Source: Chthoniobacteraceae bacterium (GTDB lineage Bacteria; Verrucomicrobiota; Verrucomicrobiia; Chthoniobacterales; Chthoniobacteraceae). Taken from it: a DNA stretch of 39,265 bases. A program made the position numbers and the translations under genes. The DNA lies in assembly GCA_031409335.1 (NCBI GenBank), contig JANNWY010000318.1:1-39265 (forward strand). Reading direction: 5' to 3'. Shown piece by piece: positions 1 through 9,824 of the stretch (its first letter is position 1; each line of letters begins with the position of its first letter). The notes under the pieces were generated by a model that made no database searches, was not told the DNA's origin, and was given only the letters and a program-made list of their open reading frames with translations.

Positions 1-1404
1 CAGCAGTCGTATTTTTCCGGGCCGCAACCCTACGATCCCGCCAACAACATGCATCCGGGTTGGCCGAACTGGCCGTGGAATCCCATCCAGACCGGCGATG
101 TCTATTTCAACCCGTCGCTCGTCCTCACACACACCAACGACGGTCAAACGCTCTACGTGAAATGCACTCCCAAGCAGTGGGCGCTCAACAATGTGGATGG
201 CGAATGCACCTTTGAATCGTGGATCACGCTCAGCGGCAAAGTCGTCACTGTCAAAAACCGGCTCGTCAATTTCCGCTCCGACACCGCGCAGCAATTCCCC
301 GGACGCGATCAAGAACTTCCTGCCGTTTACACCAACGGCGACTTGTTCCGACTCGTCAGCTACAACGGCACCGCACCGTTCACCGGCGGTGCAGTCACCA
401 CATTCCCAAACACCCCGCCGCCGTGGCTCTACTGGCGCGCCACGGAAAGCTGGGCCGCCCTGCTCAATACCAGCGACTGGGGGCTGGGCGTTTACCATCC
501 CGGTGCCGTTTATTTCATCGGCGGATTTGCCGGCACGCCCGGCAGTGGCGGCACATATGATTCCCCCACCGGCTACATCTCGCCGCTCCATCAGGAAGTC
601 ATCGATAGCACTCTCGAATACACCTACACCTACCAACTCATCCTCGGCACGCTCACTGAGATTCGAGACTACGTTTACGCGCAGCCTTACCGCCCCGCCT
701 GCGACTTCGTCTTCGACACCAGCCGCCAGCATTGGCGGTTTGAGCAAACCACCGATGCCGGCTGGCCGTTCGTGAACCATCGCCTCCGTGTCAACCTCAA
801 CAGCGGCGACCCGCAAATGTGGTCGCCCCGCACCGCATTCCGCGCCGCCGACGCGCCCAAGCTCTACATCCGCGCCGCATTTCAAATCGCCAATCCCGCC
901 GGACGCGCCAACGGACAGGTATTCTGGGAAGCCAACAACACCGGCGGATTATCGCAGGCGCAAAGCATCATCTTCCCCGTCATCGCCGATGGCCAATACC
1001 ACACCTACGAACTCGACCTCGCCGCGACCGGCCAGTGGTCCGGCCTCATCACCCAATTGCGATTCGACCCCGCCTTCAACGGCGAGCCCGGCGACTACGT
1101 GGACGTGAAAGCGGTCTCCTCAAATCCCTTCGCCGGAAACGAACTCATCGCGCCGACGCTGAATATCGCGCGGACTAATGGGGACATCGTCGTCAGCTTC
1201 CCGACCATCACCGCCACGACCGCCGGCTTCATCGGCGAAAACTTGCGGTATGATTTGGAAAGCACCGCCGAACTCACCCCCGTGAATTGGCAACCCGTCG
1301 CTGGAGTCACAAACATCCTCGGCGACGGCAGCCCCAAAACATTCACCAACCCACCCTCATCCGCACCGGCGAAGTTCTTTCGACTGAAGATGCGGCTGGA
1401 GTGA
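1..1404 (+). CDS. 5'-truncated hypothetical protein, probably secreted and carbohydrate-active, with a Verrucomicrobia-type C-terminal domain ending ...AKFFRLKMRLE
   Basis: Frame 1 is open from base 1 (QQSYFSGPQPYDPANNMHPG...), so the gene starts upstream of the window. Trp/Asn/Thr-rich beta-type sequence with a WPWNPIQTGD motif; stop TGA at 1402-1404. Confidence 0.8.
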   Translation, partial: QQSYFSGPQPYDPANNMHPGWPNWPWNPIQTGDVYFNPSLVLTHTNDGQTLYVKCTPKQWALNNVDGECTFESWITLSGKVVTVKNRLVNFRSDTAQQFPGRDQELPAVYTNGDLFRLVSYNGTAPFTGGAVTTFPNTPPPWLYWRATESWAALLNTSDWGLGVYHPGAVYFIGGFAGTPGSGGTYDSPTGYISPLHQEVIDSTLEYTYTYQLILGTLTEIRDYVYAQPYRPACDFVFDTSRQHWRFEQTTDAGWPFVNHRLRVNLNSGDPQMWSPRTAFRAADAPKLYIRAAFQIANPAGRANGQVFWEANNTGGLSQAQSIIFPVIADGQYHTYELDLAATGQWSGLITQLRFDPAFNGEPGDYVDVKAVSSNPFAGNELIAPTLNIARTNGDIVVSFPTITATTAGFIGENLRYDLESTAELTPVNWQPVAGVTNILGDGSPKTFTNPPSSAPAKFFRLKMRLE

Positions 1405-1406
1405 GG
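897..1406 (+). repeat. Direct repeat copy 1 (3' end of the first gene)
   Basis: Aligns without gaps to 9228-9737 (offset 8331). Manual count: 44 mismatches over the 504 nt from 901 to 1404. Confidence 0.95.
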
Positions 1407-1491
1407 GTGCAGGTGGACCCGCCAACACGGTGCCCGTTTCCTCGCGATGTTTAAGGTTTCAGCCTGGGCGGAATCGTCCAAGGATACATCC

Positions 1492-2679
1492 ATGAATTCC
1501 GCGCTCTGGCCCACATTCAAATTTATCCCGGTCTGCCTGATGGCGGTGTCCGGTCTCGCTTCGTTCTGTTCCGCGCAGGAGGTGAAAGCGGGGTGGAAAA
1601 AACATCTCATCACTCAGCAGGGTCACTGCAATACGGCCGTCGCCTTGGATGCCAACGGAGACAAGGCACTCGATGTCATCGCCAGCTTCGATGGGCGTGT
1701 CAGCCTGTTCCTGGCACCGGACTGGCGGGAAATCGTCATTCACCGTTTCAATGGCAAGGGTGCCGCCGCCATTCACAGCGAGGTGATCGATGCCGATGGG
1801 GATGGCGACATGGATTGGGCGGGCAGCCTGTCCCATGCTTCTCCGATCTGGCTGGAAAATCCTGGCCGCGAGCATCTGGGCAAAGGCGTCTGGACTCCGC
1901 GGATCATCGATCCTGACATCGTCGGCATCCACTGCATCACCCGTGCGGACATTGATAACGACGGAAGGGACGATCTCATCATCAACAATTTCGAGCCTGA
2001 CAAAGGACTGGGCGATTCCATTGCCTGGCTCAGCATCCCGAATCAGCCGCTCACGGCGGAGCGGTGGGAGCGGCACATCTTCGCAGATAAGGACGCCCGC
2101 GGCGGCAGTCATTACATGGGTGCCGGGGACATCGATGGCGACGGCTGGAAGGAAATCGCGGTGGGTGCGAAGGGCAAACCCTTCGCGGACGGCAACTGGT
2201 TTGCCTTCTGGAAAAATCCCGGAAAAGAGGGGGTCAAAGGCCCGTGGAAGAAAGTCATCCTGGCGGAAAAACAGGAGGCCGCGACGAACATTCTGCCGTG
2301 TGATGTGAATGGCGATGGCAACGTGGACTGGCTGGCCTCGCGCGGGCACAGCAAAGGGCTGTTGTGGTTTGAAAACCCGGGCTGGAAGATTCGCGAGATC
2401 GACACCGAGATCCGGCAACCGCACAGCCTGACCGTTTTTGATCACGACGGGGACGGCGACGTCGATGCCGCATCCTGCGGATATGAGAGCAAGTGGGTCC
2501 GCTGGTATGAAAACGACGGCAAAGGAGATTTCACCATCCACACCCTGGACGAGAACCAGGAGAGTTATGATTTGCGCACCGTGGACATGGATGGCGATGG
2601 CGACGGTGATTTGCTGAATGCAGGACGCGGCTCGGGCAACGTGGTTTGGTATGAGAACTTGCGGCGCCCCGCACGTTGA
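1492..2679 (+). CDS. FG-GAP/VCBS repeat (beta-propeller) secreted protein
   Basis: Repeated DxDGDGDxD motifs (DADGDGDMD, DIDNDGRDD, DIDGDGWKE, DVNGDGNVD, DHDGDGDVD, DMDGDGDGD) with W(Y/F/L)EN strands. Signal peptide from ATG 1492; alternative start 1447. Confidence 0.9.
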   Translation: MNSALWPTFKFIPVCLMAVSGLASFCSAQEVKAGWKKHLITQQGHCNTAVALDANGDKALDVIASFDGRVSLFLAPDWREIVIHRFNGKGAAAIHSEVIDADGDGDMDWAGSLSHASPIWLENPGREHLGKGVWTPRIIDPDIVGIHCITRADIDNDGRDDLIINNFEPDKGLGDSIAWLSIPNQPLTAERWERHIFADKDARGGSHYMGAGDIDGDGWKEIAVGAKGKPFADGNWFAFWKNPGKEGVKGPWKKVILAEKQEAATNILPCDVNGDGNVDWLASRGHSKGLLWFENPGWKIREIDTEIRQPHSLTVFDHDGDGDVDAASCGYESKWVRWYENDGKGDFTIHTLDENQESYDLRTVDMDGDGDGDLLNAGRGSGNVVWYENLRRPAR

Positions 2680-2772
2680 GGGCCGTTCGACCGTCCGGAG
2701 CAAGTTACCTGCGTCCAAAACACACCTTGCCGCACTCTGGCCAAGGCCTCACACTCAACAAAATCAACAAAA

Positions 2773-3390
2773 ATGAATTCCTCGCCAATCACTGTGCTGA
2801 AAAGAAACCGACTATTCCCCGCGCTGTGCCTGTTACTGTCTGTTACAGGCTGGGGTGTTGCCGACGCGCCACCGGAGGGTTTCGTCGCCTTGTTCAACGG
2901 CAAGGATCTGACCGGCTGGGTGCAGGTGAACGATAGCAAATTCACCGCCGAAAACGGAGTTATCAAGCACGGGAAAGGCATGGGCTGGCTGCGCACGGCG
3001 GAGCAATACGACAACTTCGTTCTCCGGCTCGAGGTCCGCTGGCTCAAGGAACGGCAGGACAGCGGCGTATTCCTCCGCGCCGGCGTCGAGGGCAGCAACT
3101 GGCCTGACCACAAATATGAAGTGCAGTGCGAGAACAGCGAACGGATCGTCCACATTTTCGGAGCCACGTGCGTCCGCGACCCGGCCAAGGCCAAGGCCCT
3201 GCTCAAGCCGACGGGCGAATGGAACACACTCGAGATCCACTGTCAGGGCGCGCGGTGCGAGGTGAAGCTGAACGGTGAGCTGGCCAGCTCCGCGAACGAT
3301 CTCAAGCCGGGTAAAGGCTACCTCGGCCTGCAAGGCGAGAATGGCGAGGTCGAGTTCCGCAGCATGTTCATCAAGCCACTCCAGCCTTGA
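2773..3390 (+). CDS. DUF1080 (3-keto-disaccharide hydrolase family) secreted protein
   Basis: Motifs [25 protein letters not shown] and GYLGLQ..GEVEFR; N-terminal signal peptide. Confidence 0.9.
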   Translation: MNSSPITVLKRNRLFPALCLLLSVTGWGVADAPPEGFVALFNGKDLTGWVQVNDSKFTAENGVIKHGKGMGWLRTAEQYDNFVLRLEVRWLKERQDSGVFLRAGVEGSNWPDHKYEVQCENSERIVHIFGATCVRDPAKAKALLKPTGEWNTLEIHCQGARCEVKLNGELASSANDLKPGKGYLGLQGENGEVEFRSMFIKPLQP

Positions 3391-3438
3391 AGCGGTAGTC
3401 CCTCCAACGTTCTGCCCGTTCATCCCGGATCATTACTT

Positions 3439-4710
3439 ATGAAGCGCATACGCATATTCGATCCGACACTGTGGGTTTGGCTGGCGCTGCTCGGCTGCTG
3501 GAGCGGGGTGAGTGTGCATGCAGCGGAATTGCCTTCGCCCCGAAAGAAGGTGGCCGCGCTCACGACGGTTTACCGGCACAATTCCCACGCGGACGTCATT
3601 GTCGGTCGTCTCCTGCTGACCGACACGCTCGATGGAACGGGCCGCGATTCGCCGCTGCAGCTCGTCTCCCTTTACACGGATCAGCGACCGCCGAATGACA
3701 TCAGCCGGCTCCTGGCGGCGTCGCATCGATTTCGCATCGCATCCAGTGTTACCGATGCGTTGACCTTGGGCACGGGAACTCTGGCGGTGGATGGTGTCCT
3801 CCTGGTGGCAGAGCACGGAGACTATCCGAGGTCAGCCACAGGCAACACGCAGTATCCGAAACGGCGATTTTGGGAGGAGATGAAGCAGGTTTTCGCGGCG
3901 AGTGGCCGGGTGGTTCCGGTCTTCGTGGACAAACACCTCGCGGATAACTGGGAGGATGCAAAAGCGATTTATGATTCGGCGCGAGCGATGGGTATTCCGC
4001 TCATGGCAGGTTCTTCGGTGCCTGGGTCTTGGCGGCATCCGGCGGCGGATGTTCGGCGCGGGGCGCGATTGGACGAGGTCGTCGTGTTGAGTTTCGGTTC
4101 GACCGATCACTATGGGTTCCACGCGTTGGAATGTTTGCAGGCGGTGGTCGAGCAGCGTGCTGGGGGAGAGAAAGGCGTCCGCGCGGTGCGATGCCTTGCA
4201 GGTGACGCGGTTTGGGCGGCTCAGCGAGATCGTCGTTTTGACCCGGAGCTTTTCGAGGCGGCCATGAATCGCTTGTCGCACCGTCCGAGCGGCGATCGTC
4301 CGTTGTCGGAGCTGGTCAAGGAGCCGTTGCTTTGGGAAATCGAGTATCTCGACGGCCTCCGCGCCACGGTGCTGGAGTTGAACGGGGCGGTGAATGAGTG
4401 GGCCGGGGCGTGGCGCTACACGGAAGATCGGAGCGTGGAAGCGACTCTGTTTTGGACGCAGGAAGCGCGTCCGGCTGCGCATTTCACTCTTTTGGTGAAT
4501 GGCATCGAACGCATGATGCTGTCCGGGCGACCGTCGTGGCCGGTGGAACGGACGCTCCTGACCAGCGGCATCCTTGATGCGGTGCTGCAGTCGCGCCTGC
4601 GGGGGCAGGTGCGGATGGAAACTCCGCATCTCGACGTCCCGTATGAGCCGATCTGGCGATGGCAACAGCCGCCGCCGCCACCGCCCGGTCGCCCGTGGAC
4701 CGAGCAGTGA
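3439..4710 (+). CDS. Secreted hypothetical protein, distantly Gfo/Idh/MocA oxidoreductase-like (PVC-type family)
   Basis: 423-aa ORF with motifs VDGVLLVAEHGDYP, PVFVDKHLA, PLMAGSS and YGFHALE; signal peptide ending VHA-AE. Confidence 0.7.
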   Translation: MKRIRIFDPTLWVWLALLGCWSGVSVHAAELPSPRKKVAALTTVYRHNSHADVIVGRLLLTDTLDGTGRDSPLQLVSLYTDQRPPNDISRLLAASHRFRIASSVTDALTLGTGTLAVDGVLLVAEHGDYPRSATGNTQYPKRRFWEEMKQVFAASGRVVPVFVDKHLADNWEDAKAIYDSARAMGIPLMAGSSVPGSWRHPAADVRRGARLDEVVVLSFGSTDHYGFHALECLQAVVEQRAGGEKGVRAVRCLAGDAVWAAQRDRRFDPELFEAAMNRLSHRPSGDRPLSELVKEPLLWEIEYLDGLRATVLELNGAVNEWAGAWRYTEDRSVEATLFWTQEARPAAHFTLLVNGIERMMLSGRPSWPVERTLLTSGILDAVLQSRLRGQVRMETPHLDVPYEPIWRWQQPPPPPPGRPWTEQ

Positions 4711-4749
4711 CGTAAGACTCAAAGTTCCTGCCTCACTTCGCGGCGACCT

Positions 4750-5460
4750 CTACTTCGCGAAGACGCTGCCGCTGCGCGCGACTTTCTCCGCGCTGGGCGC
4801 CCAGAGCCGCACGTTGGCGAACATCCCCGAATCGTTGTAGGACCCGAAGCCGATGGTTCCGCTCCCGAATGTCTTGTCCTCGGCGAGCATGGCGGGTTTT
4901 TCCATGTCGTCGAACCAGACTGTGATCGAGCCGCCGATTCGCTGCACGCGCACCTTGTGCCATTTGTCCGCGCCCCACTCGCTGCCGCTAGTGGTTTTGC
5001 TCGTGATTTTGGTGAAGGGCTTTTCGTTGACGATGAAGATCTGGTTCGCGCGGTCGTCCGTCTTGCTGGCGAAGTGGACGTAGTAGTAGTGGCCGGGATC
5101 CTGGAAGCCGAAGAAGAGGCACAGATCGCGATGCGTATAGTCGCCGCTGGTTTGGAGCAACTCGGCTTCAAAAACGAAGTCGCCGAACTTCCGGTCCGTG
5201 AGCAGCGCGATGCTGCGCGGGGACTGCGCTTTGTATTCGTAGTTGCTCGCGCCGGAGAGTTCGAGGGCTGGTTTTCCCTTAGCGTCACTCAGCCGCCATG
5301 CCTTCGCGTCGGTGGCATCCAATTCCTTCAGGATCGTCGCCTTCGTGAAGTCAGGCTCCCACTGAAGCGTAAAGTCTTTGGGAATGTATGGCGGTGGTTC
5401 GGCCACGCACGGAACGGCGGCAGTAAGGAACGAAACGAAGAGTAGCAGGTTGCGATTCAT
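4750..5460 (-). CDS. Secreted ConA-like/DUF1080-like beta-sandwich protein
   Basis: Start re-placed at ATG 5460 (MNRNLLLFVSFLTAAVPCVA, signal peptide). Motifs FGDFVFEAEL, HYYYVHF, WHKVRVQR, GTIGFGS and FANVRLW. Confidence 0.75.
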   Translation of the reverse strand: MNRNLLLFVSFLTAAVPCVAEPPPYIPKDFTLQWEPDFTKATILKELDATDAKAWRLSDAKGKPALELSGASNYEYKAQSPRSIALLTDRKFGDFVFEAELLQTSGDYTHRDLCLFFGFQDPGHYYYVHFASKTDDRANQIFIVNEKPFTKITSKTTSGSEWGADKWHKVRVQRIGGSITVWFDDMEKPAMLAEDKTFGSGTIGFGSYNDSGMFANVRLWAPSAEKVARSGSVFAK

Positions 5461-5593
5461 GGCTGAAACGCAGAGTGGGAAAGGCGCTGCGCTGATGCGA
5501 GATTTGTTATCCCCCGACGTGGAACCCGATCTGAGCGGCCTTGGTGCTATAGAATTCCCCGCAGCCACTGCAAAGATTCTGCCGTCTCGGCGG

Positions 5594-7999
5594 ATGTCTG
5601 GCGTGACCACTTCACTCCGCCAGTTCGCTCTCGCCTTTATCCTTCTCTTTTCCGCGCACGCTGCGGAGCCGCCGCCTTACGTGCCGGCGAAGGCGTTTTA
5701 CATCCTGCCGGAGACGACGAGCGAGGAGTCGGGTTACTTTTCGCTGAATGAGGCGCAGGATGGCAGCATCCACGTCGGCACGGCGAAGTATGGGCACAAT
5801 TCGTATCTCGTGGAGTTTGATCCGAAGACGGAGAAGCAGCGCATCGTGCTCGATGTCCACAAGACCGGCGGCATCACCGCGAAGGGCTACGCGGCGCAGG
5901 CCAAGCTACACACGCGCAATTTCGTGGGGCCGAGTGGGAAGGTGTATGTCGGCTCGAAGCAGGGATACGCCATCGATGGCGACAAGCAGGAGTATCCCGG
6001 CGGCTACGTGATGACCTACGACCCGCGCACGGGCCGCTCGGAAAATCTCGGGATGCCGCTGGCGAAGCAGGGCGTCATCGATGTCACCGCCGATGAAGCG
6101 CGCAACCGGCTTTACGTGGTGACGTGCGAAGACCAGCACTGGATGCTCGGCACGCTCGCGGGTGCGCCGTGGCGGGAGCTCGGCCCGATGCTCACGCCGT
6201 ACGCGATGACGCTCGTGGATGCGCGCGGTGTGGCCAGCGCGATCACGACGGACTTCCAGCTCGCGCAGTTTGATCCCGCTACGGACAAAGTGACGACTCG
6301 TCCGCTGCTGGTGGATGGCAAGCCGTGGACTCGCGCGAACAACGCCTCCATCCCCACGTGGCAGCTCGACCCCGACGGACGCCACGCCTGGCTCATCCTG
6401 ATGAACGACCCCACGCTCCTGCGCATCGATCTGCACGAGGCGACCGCCGAGAGCCGCGGGAAGATGATCGCGGGAAAAAATCCCGACTCTCGCTGCGCGC
6501 TCACCATTCATCCCGATGGGAAAATCTACGCGCTCGTGCGGACGGATAACGAAAGCGGATTCGGCACCGGATACTTTCACCACCTCGTCCGCTACGACCC
6601 CGCCGCGAAGAAGCACGACGACCTCGGCGTGCTAAAAATCACCAACCCGGATTTCTTCGACTTCTCGCCCGGTGCCGACGGGAAGCCGAAGCCTTGGACG
6701 CACGGTTTTCACAAGCTCCCCGACGGCACGCTCACGCCGCTGCACTCGCACATGGCGCTCATCGCCACGCGCGACGGCACGCTCTACGCGACCACGATCT
6801 ATCCTTTCACGCTGATGAAAATGGACGGCTACAAACTGCCTGCGCCACAGCCGTCCGCCGCATCGCGCTACCTCGATACGCTGGGCCGCAAGCTCGACGA
6901 AGCCGCCGCGCGCGTGCCGGAGATCACGAAGCTCGCCGAGCGCATCGCCGAGCGCCACGAGCGCGGCGGGCTCATCGGCTTCCCGTGGATCGGTACGACG
7001 CTGGAGCAGGAGCTGATGGGCCGCGCGGGCGGGCTGATGCACATCGGCTTTGACCGCCCGTGGAAAAAGGAGCGGAGCGCGGAAGAGAAAGCGAACGACG
7101 TCGCCATTTACGCATGGGACACCGCGCCAAAACCCGCCGACCTCCAGCGCGTAAAAGCCGACCGCGCGAAAGGGATTTTCGTCATCGGCTTCGGCCCGCG
7201 CGACGCCGAGGCGGCCACCGCGTGCGACGCTTGGGTGGACTCCGGCGCGGAGGATGCGGCCACGGGCAAGACGCATCATTTTACCAACGCGGTGAACGGC
7301 TGGCTCTTCATCGCCGAGTTCACCGGCGCGCTCACGCGACGCGGAAAAATGCCCGCGATGTGGAAAGCGTGGATCACCACCGATGGCAAAGCCTGGTCGG
7401 ATCGCTACTTCGGAAAGACGCAGTTTCACGACGAGTTCAAAGTCCCGCCGCAGCCGCCCGGCTCAATCGCAGCCGCGTATCTCGCTCGCATCCGCTACCT
7501 CGTAGCGCGCCTGCAACGCGAGGAACTCGCCGACCTCCGCGCCTTCGCCGCCGACATCGCCGCCGAGCTGCGCGCGGGCCGGAAGACGACCGTGGCCTCA
7601 TCCGGCCACATGGCGATGAACTGGATTGCGCGTTTCGGCGACGCCGCGTGGGCCATCAACCACGAGGTTCACGACAACGTGGAATCGCAAATGAAGAGCT
7701 TCGAAAAGGACACACCCGACGGCGGCCTCGTGCTCCGCCTCGACGCCTACGGAATGCACCGCGACGTGGCCGCGCTTTTCGAGCGAAAGAAGCAGCGCGT
7801 CCTGCTCATCACGTCTGAAAATCCGCGCCCCGAATACACGATCCCCACAACCTTCACGCGCCGCGTGGACATGGGTTACGCGCACGGTGACGCCTGCGTG
7901 TGGCTCGAAGGCTACCCCATCCCGATCCTCCCGCCGAGCGGTGTCATGCAGGTCGCCGCGTACGAGGCCATCAGCGCAGAGGTGCTGGCTGGGAAGTAG
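5594..7999 (+). CDS. Secreted protein with an N-terminal beta-propeller-like region fused to tandem SIS-like domains
   Basis: Start re-placed at ATG 5594 (or GTG 5603) before the signal peptide ending AHA-AE. Propeller-type blades (DGSIHVGT, LVEFDPKT, YDPRTG, DGKIY, DGTLY); the C-terminal half has ELMGRAGGL and ASSGHM segments. Confidence 0.7.
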   Translation: MSGVTTSLRQFALAFILLFSAHAAEPPPYVPAKAFYILPETTSEESGYFSLNEAQDGSIHVGTAKYGHNSYLVEFDPKTEKQRIVLDVHKTGGITAKGYAAQAKLHTRNFVGPSGKVYVGSKQGYAIDGDKQEYPGGYVMTYDPRTGRSENLGMPLAKQGVIDVTADEARNRLYVVTCEDQHWMLGTLAGAPWRELGPMLTPYAMTLVDARGVASAITTDFQLAQFDPATDKVTTRPLLVDGKPWTRANNASIPTWQLDPDGRHAWLILMNDPTLLRIDLHEATAESRGKMIAGKNPDSRCALTIHPDGKIYALVRTDNESGFGTGYFHHLVRYDPAAKKHDDLGVLKITNPDFFDFSPGADGKPKPWTHGFHKLPDGTLTPLHSHMALIATRDGTLYATTIYPFTLMKMDGYKLPAPQPSAASRYLDTLGRKLDEAAARVPEITKLAERIAERHERGGLIGFPWIGTTLEQELMGRAGGLMHIGFDRPWKKERSAEEKANDVAIYAWDTAPKPADLQRVKADRAKGIFVIGFGPRDAEAATACDAWVDSGAEDAATGKTHHFTNAVNGWLFIAEFTGALTRRGKMPAMWKAWITTDGKAWSDRYFGKTQFHDEFKVPPQPPGSIAAAYLARIRYLVARLQREELADLRAFAADIAAELRAGRKTTVASSGHMAMNWIARFGDAAWAINHEVHDNVESQMKSFEKDTPDGGLVLRLDAYGMHRDVAALFERKKQRVLLITSENPRPEYTIPTTFTRRVDMGYAHGDACVWLEGYPIPILPPSGVMQVAAYEAISAEVLAGK

Positions 8000-8097
8000 C
8001 GCGGGCGCGGCCATTGCGAAGGGCGCAACCCAAACCAAAAGACAACCATGACCCTTAAAAGGACCGTGAGTGAACTCGAAGCAATCATTACCCGGAC

Positions 8098-9138
8098 ATG
8101 AACCCCCCCATTTCCGCCGTCACCGACCCGGCCAGCCGCCGTCAATTCCTTGAACGCCTCGCACGTTCTACCGCGGCGCTCGCTGCCGTGCCCGCACTCG
8201 TCTCCCCCGGCGCGGCCCTCGCGGACGACGCAGTTGCCAAACCGGGCCACGGCGCCAGCGGCGGGCAGCGGCGCTGGCGGACGGCGTTCGGGCTGAATGG
8301 ATTTCAATCTTCCGAGAACATCTTCAAACACACGTTCCCGATTTGGGAGATTCTCGAGTTCGCGCAGCAGCAGAATTTCGAGGGCATCGAGTTGCTCCCC
8401 GGCTGGCTCAAGGGCGTGTATCCGGAGCCCGGCGACGACGCACGGATTACCAGCCTGCGCAATTTTCTCGGTCGCTACAATGTGAAGGCATTTTCGATTC
8501 AGACCTTCGGCGCGGAAGCGTTTCAGAAGGATCGCAGCGTGCGCGAAGGCTGGGTGAAACGGTTTGCCGGGCTGGCGGAGTTCGCGCGCAAGGTGGGCTG
8601 CGAGTGCATCGGATACTGGCCAGGCGGCGACCTCGGCGGACAGACGGTGGACGAGGCCATTGAATCGCTCGTGTGGTCGCTCAAAGAGATGGGCCGGATC
8701 GTGACCGACGCGGATTTGATGCTGTCGGTCGAGATCGAACCGCCGTTTGCGTTCAACAAGATCGAGCACCTCATCCGGATGCTCGACGGCGCAGATCATC
8801 CGCGGGTGAAGGGCATGTTCGATCCCAGCCATTTCGATCTGATGAACGGCAGCACAGGCAAACCCCACGAACTGCTGGAGCGCCTCGGCGTCCAGCGCGT
8901 CGGCTACGTCCACTTCACCGACACCGACGGGACGCTGTTCCACGGCACCTCGAAGCATCTGCCCGCGGGCGACGGCCACATTGATGTGCGCAAGTCGCTC
9001 GAAGTGCTGTGGCAGGGCGGCTACGAAGGCTGGATCATGATTGATCCGTGGATGACTTCCGATCCCTACGACGCCTGCCGCAAAGGCCGCGCGGCAATCG
9101 AATCCGCACGCCGCGATCTGGGAAGGCGAGGTCCATAG
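8098..9138 (+). CDS. Tat-exported sugar phosphate isomerase/epimerase (xylose-isomerase-like TIM barrel)
   Basis: Twin-arginine signal SRRQFL; motifs FEGIEL, SVEIEP, FDPSHF, YVHFTD, GDGHID and GYEGW. Confidence 0.85.
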   Translation: MNPPISAVTDPASRRQFLERLARSTAALAAVPALVSPGAALADDAVAKPGHGASGGQRRWRTAFGLNGFQSSENIFKHTFPIWEILEFAQQQNFEGIELLPGWLKGVYPEPGDDARITSLRNFLGRYNVKAFSIQTFGAEAFQKDRSVREGWVKRFAGLAEFARKVGCECIGYWPGGDLGGQTVDEAIESLVWSLKEMGRIVTDADLMLSVEIEPPFAFNKIEHLIRMLDGADHPRVKGMFDPSHFDLMNGSTGKPHELLERLGVQRVGYVHFTDTDGTLFHGTSKHLPAGDGHIDVRKSLEVLWQGGYEGWIMIDPWMTSDPYDACRKGRAAIESARRDLGRRGP

Positions 9139-9227
9139 AGGGGAACTTCGGGCCGGCCACGGGCTCGCGTCAGCCGCCCACCGCGTAATAAGGGACGCGC
9201 ACAAAGGAACCCAGCAATACTCGCATT

Positions 9228-9737
9228 CGCCGGACGCGCCAACGGCCAAGTGCTCTGTGGAGCCAATAACACCGGCGGATTGTCGCAGGCGCAAAGCATC
9301 ATCTTCCCCGTCACCGCCGATGGCCAATACCACACCTACGAACTCGACCTCGCCGCCACCGGCACGTGGTCCGGCCTCATCACCCAACTGCGATTCGACC
9401 CCGCCTTCAACGGCGAGCCGGGCGATTACATGGACATAAAAGCAATCTCCTCAAATCCCTTCGCCGGAAACGAACACATCGCCCCGACGCTCAACATCGC
9501 GAGGACCAATGGCGACATCGTCGTCAGTTTCCCGACCATCACCGCCGCGACGGCCGGCTTCATCGGCGAAAACTTGCGGTATGATTTGGAAAGCACCACC
9601 GAACTCACCCCCGCGAACTGGCAGCCCGTCGCCGGGATCATAAACGTCCTCGGCGACGGCAGCCAAAAAACATTCACCAACCCGCCCTCATCCGCACCGG
9701 CGAAGTTCTTTCGATTGAAGCTGCGGCTGGAGTGAGA
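9228..9737 (+). pseudogene. 5'-truncated duplicate of the 3' end of the gene at 1-1404 (open frame 9250-9735)
   Basis: About 91% nucleotide identity to 897-1406. Homology ends just after the shared stop codon; the N-terminal part and signal peptide are absent. Confidence 0.85.
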
Positions 9738-9824
9738 TTGCCCGTCGAATGAGGAAGAATTCCAAACTATGACAAGCGAATACTGGGAACACTATTGGGC
9801 ATCTACTGCGGAATGATGCTGATG

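Noticed and set aside
9181..9210. Xer/dif-like site near the start of the duplicated segment (CCGCGTAATAAGG...)
   Set aside because: Only a partial half-site resemblance, with no XerD-type TTATGTTAAA arm.
897..9737. Diversity-generating retroelement TR/VR pair, tempting because an Avd-like gene is in the window
   Set aside because: Mismatches are not confined to adenines in either copy (many C/T, G/C and G/T changes, mostly synonymous), the repeat is about 510 bp, and no reverse transcriptase is present.
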